NCBI GenBank assembly: GCA_951406725.2
Contig: OX597833.1
Coordinates: 72,540,001 to 72,604,000, forward strand
Length of the DNA stretch: 64,000 nucleotides
Reading direction: 5' to 3'
Source of the DNA: Octopus vulgaris
Taxonomy: Eukaryota
The notes beneath the pieces were generated by a model that worked only from the letters and a program-made list of their open reading frames with translations, had not been told where the DNA came from and did not search any database. How positions within the stretch are numbered: position 1 is the first letter of the stretch; the number at the start of each line of letters is the position of its first letter. Below, one piece after another: positions 26,646 to 41,238 of this stretch. Both the position numbers and the translations under genes were made by a program.

Positions 26646-26965
26646 TGATAGCATGTGTCGGTGGCATGTAAAAAGCATCCATTACACTCACAGAATGGTT
26701 TGTGTCAGGAAGGGCATCCAGCTGTTGAAACTTTGCCACATCAGATTGGAGCCAGTCAAATCGTCCAACCCATGCCAGCATGGAAAGCAGACGTTAAATG
26801 ACAATGATGATGATGATGATGATGACATACATATGCATATTTACATACATATACGTATATGCATACATATACATATACATACATATACATATATATACAT
26901 ATATATATACATACATGTATACAGACACATGCACACACACATATATACACACACACATACACACA

Positions 26966-27029
<64 letters not shown>

Positions 27030-27221
27030 TTTATATATATTTAAGATAGAAAATATGTAAAAATGCACAGGAAGTTTGTATAGTAAAATTTATGCCAATA
27101 TTAAGATCATAATGGAACAAAGAGTTGTATTAAGACATTATATAATAAACTGGGGGTACCAGTTTCGTGTCTTACGCTTATCAAACTTCCAAGGTCTTAG
27201 ATTTCAGCCATATATATATAT

Positions 27222-27328
<107 letters not shown>

Positions 27329-27416
27329 GTATATATATATGTATATGAATATATATATATATTCATATATATACATATATATAAAGCAAGTAAGTAACAA
27401 GGATGTCCAGTTATCA

Positions 27417-27477
<61 letters not shown>

Positions 27478-27486
27478 TATACACTA

Positions 27487-28718
27487 TGAGGTGGTATGAA
27501 AAAGTTTCTGGACTATTTCTGTAGCATGCCAATAGATGGTGGTAGCATATAGCTATGTGTGCAGTGACATTGTTGTGTTTACTTTGCAAGTTGTGAAATA
27601 GTGGTTTTGTGATCACGTGTGTCTGCTGTAGTCTGTGATTTTGTCATGGAGCGGAAATTGGAAGAAAGAGCCAACAGGAAATTTTGCATTAAACTTGGAG
27701 AGTCTATTACGGAGACATTGAACATACTTTGGCAAGCTTATGGCTATGAGGCAATGGGTTGTAGGCAATGTGTTGAGTGACATAGGTACTTCAAAAGCAG
27801 AACAAAGTCCCCGGAAGACAATGAGTGACTGGGAAGACCTGCCATAAGTGTCACCTCCGGAAACGGGGAAAAAATTCATCAGCTTCTACATGAGGATCAT
27901 CGCTGATGTTGCTGGTCTGTCATTTGGGTCCATGCAAGCAGTCCTAACGTCTGAATTGAAAATGTGGGTCTCCCCCCTGCAGAATACTGAGCAGAAAGAA
28001 CATTGCATTGATGTCTGTCAAGATCTTTGTCAGTGTGCCGCTAATGATCCATCCTTCATGTCGAGGATCATTACAGGTGATGAGAGTTGGGTCTACAGGT
28101 ATGACCCTGAGATGAAGCAGCAGTTGTCACAATGGAAGAGCCCTTCATCTCCATGATCAAAGAAGGCACAACAGAGCTGCAGCTCATCCAAGAGCATGCT
28201 TGTCAGTTTTATTGACATCTGTGGTATTTTGTGCATTGAGAATTCACCCACCACCCCCCAGGGCCAGACGGCCAATTGAGGAAGGACATTCAGTGAAAGC
28301 AACCGGATCTCTGGAGTGCAAAGAATTGGCTTCTTCATGACAACAATGCACCCTGGTCACCAAGCTCCTCTTTACTCATGAGCTTCTTGCCAAAAACAAC
28401 ATGGTACCACATCCACGCTTGCCCTATTCACCAGATTTAGCACCTGCAAACTTCCATCTCTTTCCCAAGATGAAAATGCAGTTCACAGGTCGCTGTTTTG
28501 ATACTGTTGTCAAGATTAAGAATGAATCACAGAGGGTCCTTGACTCACTTACAGAAAATAATTTCCAGACCAGATTCTAAAAGTGGCAAAAATGCTGGGA
28601 CTGGGGTAATTGCTGCTGCACTAGGTGACTATTTTAAAGGAGATGATGTTAAAACGTAGATAAATAAGTTATTTTTTGTTAAAAATAACTAGTCTGGGAA
28701 CCTTTTGATACCACCTCA
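27487..28718 (+). mobile_element. Full-span degenerate mariner (Tc1/mariner) transposon with a pseudogenised transposase
   Basis: TIRs tgaggtggtatgaaaaagtttctggacta and tagtctgggaaccttttgataccacctca, flanked by a TA duplication. Motifs RIITGDESWVYRYDPE, HDNNAP and PYSPDLAPANFHLFPKMK. Confidence 0.93.
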
Positions 28719-28754
28719 TAATATGTATACACACACACACACACACACGTATCT

Positions 28755-28975
28755 GTTATCTTTTATCTCTTACTTGTTTCAGTCATTAGAGTGCGGCCAT
28801 GCAGGGGCACCACCTTGAAGAACTCTTCGTCAAATGCATTGACCCCAGGACTCATTTTTTTAAAGCCTGGTACTTATTCTATCAATCTCTTTTGCCGAAG
28901 CACCAAGTTACAGGGATGTAAACACACCAGCACCGGTTATCAAGCAGTTGTGGTAGGGGGATAAACACACACACA
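28755..28975 (-). mobile_element. 3' half of a CORE-type SINE
   Basis: cttgtttcagtcattagagtgcggccatgcaggggcacc...ttttgccgaag...aacacaccagcaccggtt; reverse of the tail of 9960-10340. Confidence 0.7.
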
Positions 28976-29882
28976 CACAATATGAATGGGAATAACCCAT
29001 GTACAGTGACACCAATTACTAAACGCATTAGCCAAATCTCCCTTATGACAAAACAAACCATTAATTTGACAATGTAGTCCTTCATGGGCCCAACTGGAAC
29101 CTTTTCAATCATAGCTCTGTTTAATCAGGGTTCTTCTGAGGCTAAACAACAGCAGCAGCCAGTTAGCCCCTGCCAGTCAATCATCTGTCCAGCACTAAAT
29201 CTTAGATCTGGTCGACGACGTTGGTTAGCATATGACTACTGGATGAAGGCTGACCTGGGGCTATACACCAACAACAACAACAATAACCCTTGAGGAAATA
29301 ACATTGTGTGTATGTAGAGGTGCAGGCATGGGTGTGGGTTAAGGATATTTGGATCCGGTTTAAACTCCATATCATCCTTGAGCAAGTAATCCATTCAGTC
29401 TGTTACCCACACAGCCACCTTAGTTCCATACCAGTAATACACTGAGGGAATAATCAGTTGATTAGATTCTCTCCTCTCACACTAAACTGGCCTCATACTG
29501 CATACTAGTTTTAGCCACAATGGCTGCGGTCATGCTGGGGCATAGCCAGTATGGTTAAAAGTAAATTAGCATTAAATCATCACACATTGGTGTTGAATGT
29601 AATAAACTGCCGTGACATACAAAACGAGATGGTGTGTAGAGGTGGGATTGGGTTTTTATGGGTGAGAATGTTTATAGAGGAAGGGAAAAGCTGTGCGTGT
29701 ATGTGTGTGTGTGTGTAAGATGTGTGTAAGGACCGAAGTGTTGTTTATGCTACTGAAGAAATGCAAGTAAATGCATGGAAGTGACTTTGTGTGATGTTTG
29801 TTGATGTGGCAAGATGTCAGTAAATGTAAAATTTGGCAGATTTATGTAATTGTGTGTGTGTGTGTATACACATTTGTGTAGG

Positions 29883-30038
29883 CAGGCATGGTCCCAGGAA
29901 TTTTTTGAAGGGAGGGCACAAGATCAGAAGGGAATACATTCCCAGAGAAAAGGGCACAATAACATTATTTCGAATGGTACCCTTCTTTTCTTGAGTGGGG
30001 TATGTGCCCATCAGCCCTACCCCTTGGGTCTGCCCCTG
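29883..30038. mobile_element. Decayed MITE with imperfect GC-rich TIRs
   Basis: Left end caggcatggtcccagg versus reverse complement of the right end caggggcagacccaag; no TSD recognisable. Confidence 0.35.
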
Positions 30039-31089
30039 AGAGGTGTGTACACACTGGAGTCGGTGTAGACCTTTGACCAAAGACAGTCTAACCATGATCA
30101 TCCCATTTTTTTGCTTATTTAGAATCAAGTACTTCTTTGTTTTGTTTTTTAAAATGGCAGACTGTGATTTGAGGGATATTTAGCTGATGCTTCTAACTGG
30201 CCAAGTGACCCATTTAGAGACTCCTGATTGGCTCATACAGTGTCTACGTTGGAGGTTGTTATAGTTGGTGAGTCCCAGGTCAACCCTGACAGAGCAGACC
30301 TATGATCAAAAGCATTCCAACCGTGACCACTCCAACTCTTGAAGTGAATGGAATTCATTACAATGGCCAATATGGTTTTATCTTTGATGCTCAATGGGAT
30401 TTGAGCTTCAAACCAACTTTTCTTTCTAACTCTACCAACCTGCATAAATTTACTAAATGTTCTATCCATCCATCCATCCATCTGTCTGTCTGTCTGTCTG
30501 TCAGTCTATTTCTCTCTCTCTCCTATTTCTCTCTCTCCATCTATCTATCTACTTATCTATTCGTCTATCTATTTACCAACCATCTACCCACCTACCCACC
30601 TACCCACCCAACCACCCACCCAACCACCCAACCAACCAACCAGCCAAGTTATATGTTTATCGTTGAACTTACAATGTTGTCTTTCGCATATCCGTCCGTC
30701 CGTCCCCCACCATCCATTCAGCCACCAACCAGCCAGATGTCTAACAAGCTGTCTGCCTGTCTGTCCATTCTTCAGGCTGCCTCGGTTGCTGTGCAGTTGT
30801 CCGCTTCAATTATGGACACACAAGAGGAAATGGATGAGCACCACTAAGCCTTGTAGCTGTTCCTTAGATGTATGACCGCTGCCAGATTGAATGCAATGGC
30901 TTCACATCACTTCCTAACAGAACCACTGGCAAATAGGAGGCTGGATGAATTCAAGAGATGCCATGCAATGTGTCAGTTGTAAGAGGCATTAGGGGATGGG
31001 TTTCACTGGATTAGCTGCTACGGGCAACAGATATGCAAAGAAATAACGCAAAATGGGTGAATATCTATATGTGTGTGTGTGTATGAGAC

Positions 31090-31120
<31 letters not shown>

Positions 31121-31386
31121 CACACACACATATATATGATGATATATATATATGTATGTATGTTATTATATATGTAAGCATATATAAAGGTGGCGAGCTG
31201 GCAGACACGTTAGCACACCGGGTGAAATGCTTAGCGTACTCTCTTACACACACGTGCACCTTCGTTTTGGGATCACTACTACTTTGTTATCTCCCCTACT
31301 TCTTAGCTCTCCAGTGTAACCCTTCTGTCCGGCATTCTCCATGATAGATCGGTAGCCACTGCACACATTTTTTCTCTCTCCTTGTT

Positions 31387-31425
31387 TCTTTCTGTGGAAG
31401 AGCATAGGTTCGAAACGTTAAAAGA
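31387..31425 (+). ncRNA. Minimal type I hammerhead-like motif in a probable Penelope terminal fragment (about 31240-31510)
   Basis: tcttt-CTGTGGA-a-gagc-atag-gttc-GA-AACGTT-A-aaaga: 5-bp stem I, 4-bp stem II, palindromic stem III; the core has one substitution versus CUGANGA. Confidence 0.5.
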
Positions 31426-31505
31426 CTCTTTCAATTCCTGAGCATTATTCTAATACATCTGTTTGTTGTCTACACCACCTGTTTTTGTCTTTTGTTTTTT
31501 TTGTG

Positions 31506-31559
<54 letters not shown>

Positions 31560-33710
31560 ATATATAAAGCAAGCGAGTCAATAAAACATTGAGTTGAATG
31601 CATTGCAATATCTATTCCAGTTGTCTGCTCTATTTTGGTTTCAAATGCTTTGAAGGTCAACTTTGCCTTTCATCCTTTCACAATTGATAAATGAAGTAAC
31701 AGCCCTGTGATGGTGTTATCTCTCCATCCAGCTGCCACATCTAAGATTTTCCATTCAGTCAAAAGGTGTGAAGGCCAAGAGAATGTCTGTGTCTGTTCAT
31801 CACTAAATGGATACTAGACAATTGGTGAAAGCATCATACATACCACCAAGTCATCTTCAATTGTGAGTGATGACTGTAGTAATTTGAATTGTGATTAAAT
31901 AAGCAGAAATAATTACTGCCTTAGCATCAGTATATTTTGTAGAAAGCCACAATCATATGTTAAATAAACATAATTTTGGCATCATTGGAGAATAATCCAC
32001 ATATATAAACTACAGAGCTGTTGGCAGCTAAGGAGAAAAATTGAAGACCCTAATAGGTTATTTCTAGCTTTTGTTAAAGCCATCATCAGGATTTGATTAC
32101 TTTCTCCTGGCTGCTATGAAAATGTAACAAGTGTGAACCTAACATTTATGAAATTAATAATGTATGTGATTAGGCTTGGCCTGACCTCATTTACATAATG
32201 ATCTAAAGTTGTCTATACATATCAATTTACTGGCTGAAACTTTATTTACAAATTATAGATATCTATATAGAGAACAGCTTTCTTTTATACACGTTTCATT
32301 AAAGACATGGCTGTGTCCCAGTTCTGTTTTATTTATTTCTGTTCTAAGCCTTATGCACTGAGTCTATTTCTCCACTGAGACTAAAATTATGTTTATTAAC
32401 ACATGGTAGTGACTTTGTTTACAAAATTAATCTCATATACACAGCATCAGTGTATCTATGCAGTTAGGGTTTATATATAATAAAATAGACATGTTGCGAT
32501 TGTTTAGAGTTAAATCACACCCATAACCAAAGACATTCCAGTGGTGGCCATCTCATTTTTTTCTAGTAAGTGCTTTTAGTAGTATATTATTTAATGTTTT
32601 TCAATTTCTAAGTGCAAGTAGGGTGTAATCGGAAAGAATCTTGGCTTCTATTTCTAGCAAATGGATTGACAATGTTGAGATTCCTTAAATGTGTGTGTGT
32701 GTGTGTGTGTGTGTATATAATATACAATATGGGCAGATGTGGTGTTTTTACGCCTTTTTTTATGATAAGAGAGATTTTTTCTCCAAGGTAACTGCAGTGA
32801 ATTTGCCTTTAGAAGTTGAAATATGTCACAAGCAGACTTTAACTAACATAAAGTGTGTGTGCGTGTGTATTTATGTGTGTGTGTGTGTTTATGTATGTGT
32901 GTGTGTGTGTGTGTATGTATGTGTGTGTGTCTATGTTACATGCACACACACATACGTGCAGAGACCTAAATCACACACACACGTACTTACGCACACATAC
33001 ACACACAGACAAACGCATGCCTGCAAACCTGCACACACACACACACAAGTGATATGGCTGATGTAACCAGACACTTAAATGATGTTTTGATTCTCTCTCT
33101 CTCTTTCCGCCAATCATCAGGTTAATCAATCACAACTGTTCAGTTGGTGTTGTAGTAGCAGTCATGGTGGGGTGGTGGTGGTGGTGGTATAGTGGTGGTG
33201 GTGGTGGTGGTGGTGGTGGTGGTATAGTGGTGGTGGTGGTATAGTGATGGTGGTAGCCAAATGTTACCAATTGACCCATACAGTGTGTATACATTGGAGG
33301 TTGTTATTGTTGTTCAGCCCCAGGCCATCTCTGATTGAGTTGTCTTCTGGCCAAAGACATTCCAGCTGTGACCACCCTATCTATCTCCTGTGTGCAGGAA
33401 ACTCAACACAATATTATCCAATATGTCCAAGTGGTAGGAAGTGATTGGGAGGAAATTTGGCTGCTATTTCCAGCAGGTCTGGTGTTCATGTAAAGGCTCA
33501 CTTATTGGCTTGTATAGTGATGGTTGGTGGTGGTGGTGGTAGAGTGGTGGTGGCGGTGGTGGTGGTGGCGGTGGTGGTGGTGGCGGTGGTGGTGGCAGGT
33601 GCAGCAGCAGCAGAAGCAGTAGTAGTAATCAGACTGGCAGACCTGGTGAGATTTTTAAGTTGTGACAGTAATTGCAGAAACATTATTGTTGTTATTGTTA
33701 TTATTATTAT

Positions 33711-33748
<38 letters not shown>

Positions 33749-36700
33749 AGGTGATAGTAATAGCAATTGTCAGAAACCTGGCTTCCTGCCAAGTCACTCA
33801 TGTGGACGATATAGAGTTATCATGCTATTGTTGTTGTTGTTGTCGATAGATTGGTTGAATTGTTAGTGTGTCAGACAAATGCCTTATGGTGCTTCAAGCA
33901 GTTCTTTACATTCTGAGTTCAAAGCCCACCAACGCCAGTTCTGCCTCTCATTCTGCAGGGGTTGATAAGTAAAGAGCCAATCAAATATGAGAGATGATTT
34001 AAACCCACTAAAGCCTCCTCGTCTCCCCACCCCACCCCCACTCCACACCATTTCTGGCCTTGTGCTTGACCAAGAAACAGTTCCTTATTTAAAGAAGGGC
34101 AGTCGACTGGCAGGATCATTATGGTGTTGGACAAAATGCTTTGTGATATTTTTTTTTAATGTTCTGAGTTCAAATCCTGCAGAGTCAATTTGCCTTTGAT
34201 CCTTTGTGGGAGGGTCAACCACCCAGTAGCCTGTGGTCATTCTCGTGCCAGCTGGTCCTGGTCCAGTTTTCCATGACTGGATTGCTGCAATGTACAACAA
34301 CTTCTGATTGATAGTTTGAGTGAATGGCTACTTATCGAAACCTTCCAGCATGATGTACTTGGTCGATCAAAAGTGTCCCCTCTAACCCCCTTCAGTATGT
34401 ACCGGCTCCAGAGACACTGCAGTAGAAATTAGAGGCATTGAAAGGCATTCCATGTGAATGAGGATGTGCAAGAACCATGTCAGCATCAAGATGTTGAACA
34501 CTATGCACACAGATGTAATTGGTACAAGGCAGTGACCAGAGCAGAAATTAACCAAGAACGGTCAGTGGGCCTGCAACTTGGCACCTGGAGAGGCAGGTCC
34601 ATGATGTCCAGTAACATTGTCCGATACTAGATGGGAGGGACTGGTTAAATTGCTCAGGGCTTGGTTTGGTCTGGATCTCCAGGAGGAGAAGAAATGGAGT
34701 GAAGTAGAAGCAGGGTCCAGAAATGGACCGAGACGAAATTCTGCTGAGGTCAACTTTGCCTTTCATCCTTTTGGGATCGATGAAATAAGCATCAGTCAAA
34801 TGATGGAGTTGATATAATTGACCAGCCTCCTTCCCACTCACATTTCAGAATATCTACTTGTGCCACTAGTAGAAAGGATTATTATTATTGTTGTTGTTGC
34901 TCTTATTCAAGTTGCAGTTTGAGGGTGAAATCTGTCATAGTTGCATCCCTACCTCAAACCTTTTAACTGAGAATTACAGTCCAAACTTCAGTGATAAAGG
35001 AGTGAGGAGAAATCAATTGTTGTTGAGCTGCAACCATCACAGAGGGCCTGTAATTAGAGGCCAAATGGGATAGGGATCATTAGCGATGAAAGCAAGATTT
35101 CAATGACTTGATCACATCAACAATACAATAGGATGTTCAGAGCTTCTACTGGGTCACGAGATATGCTAAAAATAGCAGCCAAATCTCCCTCAAATCACAC
35201 CTGATTATCTTCTCACTGTTTGGATGTACAAACAGACAGGACAGTCACAGTTGGAATATCTTTGGTTATATGTCCAATCACTGCTGACCTGGTGTTGTAC
35301 AATATCAAATCAATATTTCTTTCCAATTAGAACAAGTTTGTAGAACAAGGGAAAGACGTGAATTTTAAGGTTTTAGGGATAGAGTAGGGGACATCGTCTT
35401 CAGAGAAAACAGTTAAACTGTTTTTATTGGCAATGAATAAATCTTTCTGTCCCTTGATCTTCCTTGAAATCTTTCCTTTCTAATGAAAAGGGTCAAAGGC
35501 TGAATCATTGAAAGACATTCATTTCATTTTTTTTCTGCAAAGAAGGATCCTTGATCTCAATGGTTGAAATTTATGTCTTCTTTAGGACACAAAAAAAAGC
35601 ACCCAGGACACTCTGTAAAGTGGTTGCAGTTAGGAAGGGCATCCAGCCATAGAAATCATGCTGAAACTGACAATTGGAGGCTGGTGCGGTCTTCTGACTG
35701 ACCAGTTCCTGTAAAACCATCCAACCCATACCAGAATGGAAAGGGGACATTAAATGGTGATGATAAATTTAAATTTTTACTGACACCCGACCACCACAAG
35801 TCTCCTCAGATTGCAGGGGAATTGTATCTGCTATAAATCACTGACTCTTCAATGAGAAGAAGGTAAGAACCTAAGGAATTTGGCTGAGCCACCAACTTCA
35901 AGACTCTTCACTACAAACAAAAATATGACAAACAAAAAGTAGATAATACGATTCTCATTACAATGAAAAAAAAAAGGGGAGAAAAAAACAAACAAAAGAA
36001 AATGAGAACCCAAAAACAACAACAACAACAAGAAAACTAAAGCTGAAAGACAGGAGGAAAGGAAGAGAATTTGGCTGTGAGCCGAGTTAAGAGTAATCAA
36101 TATTTTGAGAAATGTAATGGCTGTGTGCCAAGTGAGAAACAATAAGCATTGGTCAAGAGGACATGTCGGAACCTGTTGGAGAATTGTGTGTCAATGGGGG
36201 AGGGGGAGGGGAAACAACATGGCTGACATTCTTTTTAGGTTTTAGATTCAACAAACATTATTTCATATTCGTGTCAATACATACACACACACACGCACAT
36301 ACACACACATACATACATACACACACATACATACACACACACACATACACACACACATACATACACACACATACATACATACATGCACATACATACATGC
36401 ACATACATACATGCACATACATATATATATAATCATTATTTACCTGCAAAAATAAGAATAAATGAATATGGATGCTTATTCAGTTACATATGTATATATA
36501 TTTATATATATATATCTACACACACACACACACACATTTCATTTTTGTATTTGTTTTGCCAGATTCCTCCTGTAAAGTCGTGTGTGGAAACAGATTCTGT
36601 TATCACTCAGAGTGTCATTACACAAATAAGAAACACACACACACACACACCCCGGTTCAACCTCACTTTGATACACAAGATATTTGCTTGTAATAAGGGT

Positions 36701-36983
36701 GGGGTGGAGCAAAGGTACCCAGGAGTGGGGGAGGGGGGATGGTGGTGGTCCGGTACATAGTTGAATATATTGGTGGAGGAGGGTGGTGGTGGTGGTGGTG
36801 GGGAAGACCCGACATATTTATGGTTTGATTAGCCACTTTGCTATGGTTTCACACACTCACACACACATGCACTGGGACCAGCATAGCTCTTTCAGCTGGC
36901 CAGCTCTAGTAAAACCATCCAGCCCCTGCCGGAATGGAGAATGGATGTTTGATGATGATACATACATACATATTTATATATCC

Positions 36984-37215
36984 ATTTCTTTACTACCCAC
37001 AAGGGGCTAAACACAGAAGGGACAAACAAGGACAGACAAACGGATTAAGTCTATTACATCGACCCCAGTGCGTAACTGGTACTTAATTTATCGACCCCGA
37101 AAGGATGAAAGGCAAAGTCGACCTCGGCGGAATTTGAACTCAGAACGTAACGGCAAACGAAATATGGCTACGCACTTCGCCCGGGGCGCTAACGGTTCTG
37201 CCAGCTCACCGCCTT
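36984..37215 (-). mobile_element. Young, intact tRNA-headed SINE
   Basis: Reverse complement of the 41564-41797 copy, with A box, B box (gagttcaaatt) and core gtcgactttgcctttcatcctttcggggtcgat; CpGs intact. Confidence 0.88.
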
Positions 37216-38099
37216 ATTTATATATCCACAATGTGTTTGATCATTTGCATAAAAGGGAAAAGAAACACAGTATTCCACCTAAAAATACAGTTTTTTTTTT
37301 TTAAATAAAAAAAGAAAAATAATTATTAACTGGATGATGGCTGGGAGATAATTTACTCAAAGTAGCCCCACTCAGCTTCCAGCATGGCATGAAAGGTGGC
37401 TGTGGAACTTGGCCCATGCGTTCCTCACTTATGTCTCTGGGAAGATCTTTGAACACCTCCAAACTGTGTGCTGGGTGCTTTTCTTGTGCCGTTGCCGAGT
37501 AACTGGCATGGTAGGAGAAGGCAAATGAAAAAGCTTCCACTATTAAGTGAGGGGGGAGGGGAAGTATTCAAAGGGTGGGGTGGGGGTAACTGTCAGCTGT
37601 TGAAAGGAACAAACATAACCCCTATTATATGGATGGGTGTAGTTGGGAAGGAGATAAAAGTGGGGTAACAATAGAGTGCCAGAACAAACTCTCAAGGTAC
37701 AAGAAGGTGAACCCAAGAGGGGAGAGGAGCAGTGGGTCAAGAGATGGGGGTAGAAGTGAATGTGGTGAGTGATGGACAAGGGTGGAGGGAGTGCAGTTGA
37801 TGGGAAACATCAGTATGGAGAGATGTAAAGTGGGAGTGATAAAAGTGGCTCAGGAAGGAGGATAGATGAGAAGGTAGGGGGGATGATGTGCAAGGGGAAG
37901 ATGTAGGCTACATAAGGGTGGCTATAGTAAAGGGGGTGTGATGGTGGGTATGTGTGTAGTAGTGGCGCGCGCACACATTATTAGCCATTTGAAAAGACTA
38001 TGGAATTTACAATTAACTGCACCAGGGTTTCTCTTCCCCAGGAACCAGACCTAATGGTATACCTGCGGATGTAGGTCCAGCTCCTGCTTTGCCGAGTCC

Positions 38100-38235
38100 T
38101 GTCTCTGATCACGTTCTCCAAGGATACAGGCATCCAGCAACAGGGCCTCCGTAATGCCATGATGGATCATGAAGTCTGGCGTAGCATGGTAAATTCCATT
38201 GTCTCGACCACGGTCGAACAATGATGATGATGATG
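38100..38235 (+). mobile_element. Short 3' end of a LINE with an (ATG)n tail
   Basis: Reads SKDTGIQQQGLRNAMMDHEVWRSMVNSIVSTTVEQ* then tgatgatg, like the AMxDRxxWR C-terminus of RTE-type elements. Confidence 0.6.
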
Positions 38236-38559
38236 GGTATATGAGAAGGGGCTGAGAAAGACTGTAGATAAGTGAGGTGTCAAAATAGAGTATGGCAAAG
38301 GAGAGAACTAAAGGGACAGAAAGGGGTGATTGGAGAAAATAGGGGTTGAGGACGGGGGAGGATAATGGGGAGAAGAGAGGTTAGTGATTCTGGGTGGAGG
38401 GGCTGAAAAGAAAGAGGGGTGGGGGAGTGATTACAGGGAATGAGAGCAGGGAATGCTTGACAGGGTAGAACGGTTTACAAGCATAAAGAGAATGCTTTTA
38501 GGACTTCATTTTGACTGTGGTTGGTGGGTCTTGTCAAGCGCAGCATTGAGTCGCTGGGT

Positions 38560-38830
38560 CGTTTGTCCTTCTCCTCTGTGATGCTCAGCATCTTAGGCTT
38601 AGCCTTCTCTACTTCATCCCATGTCTTCCTCTTCCACAAGTTCCATTCTTTTTCAGTGACTGGCATTTCTCTATGCAGCTGTCCTCATCCATAAGCACCC
38701 TAATGATCAAACAGTTGTCTCTCTCTCTCTCGCAGACTACATCCAATTCCTCCTCCTCCTCTGCCTAGTCTTCCTCTCAATACACTTTGCACTTTGTCAT
38801 ACGAGCACACAGACCTGGCACACCCAACAG
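38560..38830 (-). mobile_element. Decayed RTE LINE 3' fragment
   Basis: Similar to 23750-23990 (RKTWDEV, gctgtcctcatccat). Confidence 0.6.
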
Positions 38831-38869
38831 AGTATACCAGCTCCATTCCTCTCTAATCTTTCATTATCT

Positions 38870-38902
<33 letters not shown>

Positions 38903-41030
38903 CAGGCTGACTGAGAATCCAACCAGTGCTGAGCAAATTAACAAGGTGCTAGAAATAGCAGCCAAACTTTTCTCAAATCACACCCTATACTTATTTATCT
39001 TAAAAAATGTCTGACACCTGAGCTGTTGTGCCCAGAGTATGAAGCTTTGTCTGGAAGAGGCAAATAGGTAAAAACAAGGCAAGAAAGTCACGTGTGGAAT
39101 CATTTTGATTGTAGGTCTTGAGAGCTGTTCTGGGGCTGGATCAGTCTATGACGTAACATAGGTAGGGTGTCGAAATAGGCAGGGCCAGGGTATACATAAT
39201 AGCTTAAACATTGAGGTGTGTAACATGAGCTTTGTTTAAAACTATATTTACTACGAGGTGGGGTGTTTATAAATCGGGTGGAAGATGTGTAACAGATAGC
39301 AAAGATCGTACAACTGTTTGAGGAACACAACATACCAACAGAACATGTAATAGACCAAGATACACACACACATACGTACATATGTGTGTGTGTGTGTGTG
39401 TGGTAGGATAGTTCATCAGTTAGATAGATATTTAGAGAGGTCGACAGATAGACAGACAGATATGCAAAGAAGAAATTAGAAATCTAAACAAACATAGAGA
39501 GAGGATGGTACGGTGGAGACCGAAAAATAAACAGTGGAGCAGAGTAAATCAAAGAGCTACCCAAATACATAGATGGGTATGTAGAGAGATAAACGGGTGG
39601 TGGGGAAGATATATAGATAAACATGTTGAAGGCTGATATACAGACACGATCTAACGACGACACAAGAAAATCGAGCAGTGTTCTATTAAGAATCCATTCA
39701 TAGCTATTGATGGTTGGTTGAAGACATTCAATCAAACTCGGTGTTATTTTAAAGCTACCCTCGGCTGGATTTGAACTCAGAACTAAATCCCATAAGACAT
39801 TTCGTTCAGCGCTTTTGGTTCTTCCAATCTCGCCCACCTCCCCCGCCTCTAGGAATTTAGTTCTGGAATAGCACAAACGGACAATATCGAAACACGATTT
39901 AGAATACATACATACATAGACACACATACATACATACATACATACATACACACATACTTATATAGACACACATACATCTGTGTGTGTGTGTGTGTGTGAA
40001 TATGTGCCTTTAGGTAAATATATTTATACGCAGCTTGAATTGCGGGACATTTTTCTTCACAGTTTGTCGACAAATCACACAGACTTCAGGCCCTTCCACC
40101 TAGATTATTATTATTATTATTACTATTGTATAACCCTTTATGCCATTTATGGAACGGAAGCTGATTGAACCGAAGATAACAGCTTTCATGGCGTTCTCTC
40201 CTCTCATTCTTCTTTAGACATTTTGCTTTATTTACTTTCTGACTTTTGGCCATTGTTTTCCTTTTGTTTCCCATTTCGGATGATTCTTTCAAATGTTGTT
40301 ATGGACATCGTTTTCTCATTGTTTCGAGTGTCTCTCTTTTGCACTGTTGTTGTTGTTTAGCCCAAGGCGACGAGACCTGTGCAGCCGATCGGCAGATCCT
40401 TTGGCCAAAGGTATTTCAACTGCGATCATCATCCGTCCACCTATTCGTTCATACCATCTGTTTAAGAATATACAGGATGACATTGTATGATGTGTCCTTC
40501 AGCCATTTTTTGAAAAGACGGTAGAGTGTAATTTACGAGAGTTTTAGCTGCTGTTTCTAAGAAGGGCTCTTGTCGGACAAATCCTTTTGCTTCGGCCACA
40601 GGTCAGCTCTGATCCAAGAAGATCCATCATCGTCATCGTCCCTTCTCCCATGTCCGTTGATTTAAAAGGGAATACTTACGACAACATTATCTAATGGGTC
40701 CTTTACTTTTATTTCTTAAAGATAGTAAGGGAGGACTGGCTGTTATTTCTAGTAGATTAGGGACGAAACAAGAGGGCAACTTCTGTTGGTTCACCATGTT
40801 TAGGAGGTTTTGTTTATGTTTAATTATTAAAGTTTTTGTTTGGTGCATTAACGACAAAGAGTAAGCGGCGACGGTGGGGTGGGGGGCTGTTGATGGTGGT
40901 GGTCATGGTGGTCACGGTGGTGGTGGTGGTGGTGATAATGAAAATGGTGGTGGCGGTGGTGGTGGTGGTGGGTTCTAGTCGGAGTGAAGAGAGAAGAGAC
41001 GATCAACAACAACAACGGTTTAATACATAC

Positions 41031-41140
41031 CAGCTGCAATGTTTTAAGAAATTGTATATGAACAATTCTTCCGTCTTAGTTGAACGCTCCTCCGAAGTCG
41101 GATAGCATGGAATACCGATGGCACCGACAGGACACGTACA
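41031..41140 (-). promoter_or_regulatory. Candidate distal first (non-coding) exon / promoter of the minus-strand gene
   Basis: Donor-like CTG|GTATGT at 41031/41030, CpG-rich unique sequence, an upstream (CT)n tract and a gcgcgcgc box at 41321; lies just beyond the CpG-depletion boundary. Confidence 0.4.
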
Positions 41141-41201
41141 TAACATGAATACACACATGGAGATAGGAAATGGATAAACGAGAGAGAGAGAAAGAGAGAA
41201 G

Positions 41202-41238
<37 letters not shown>

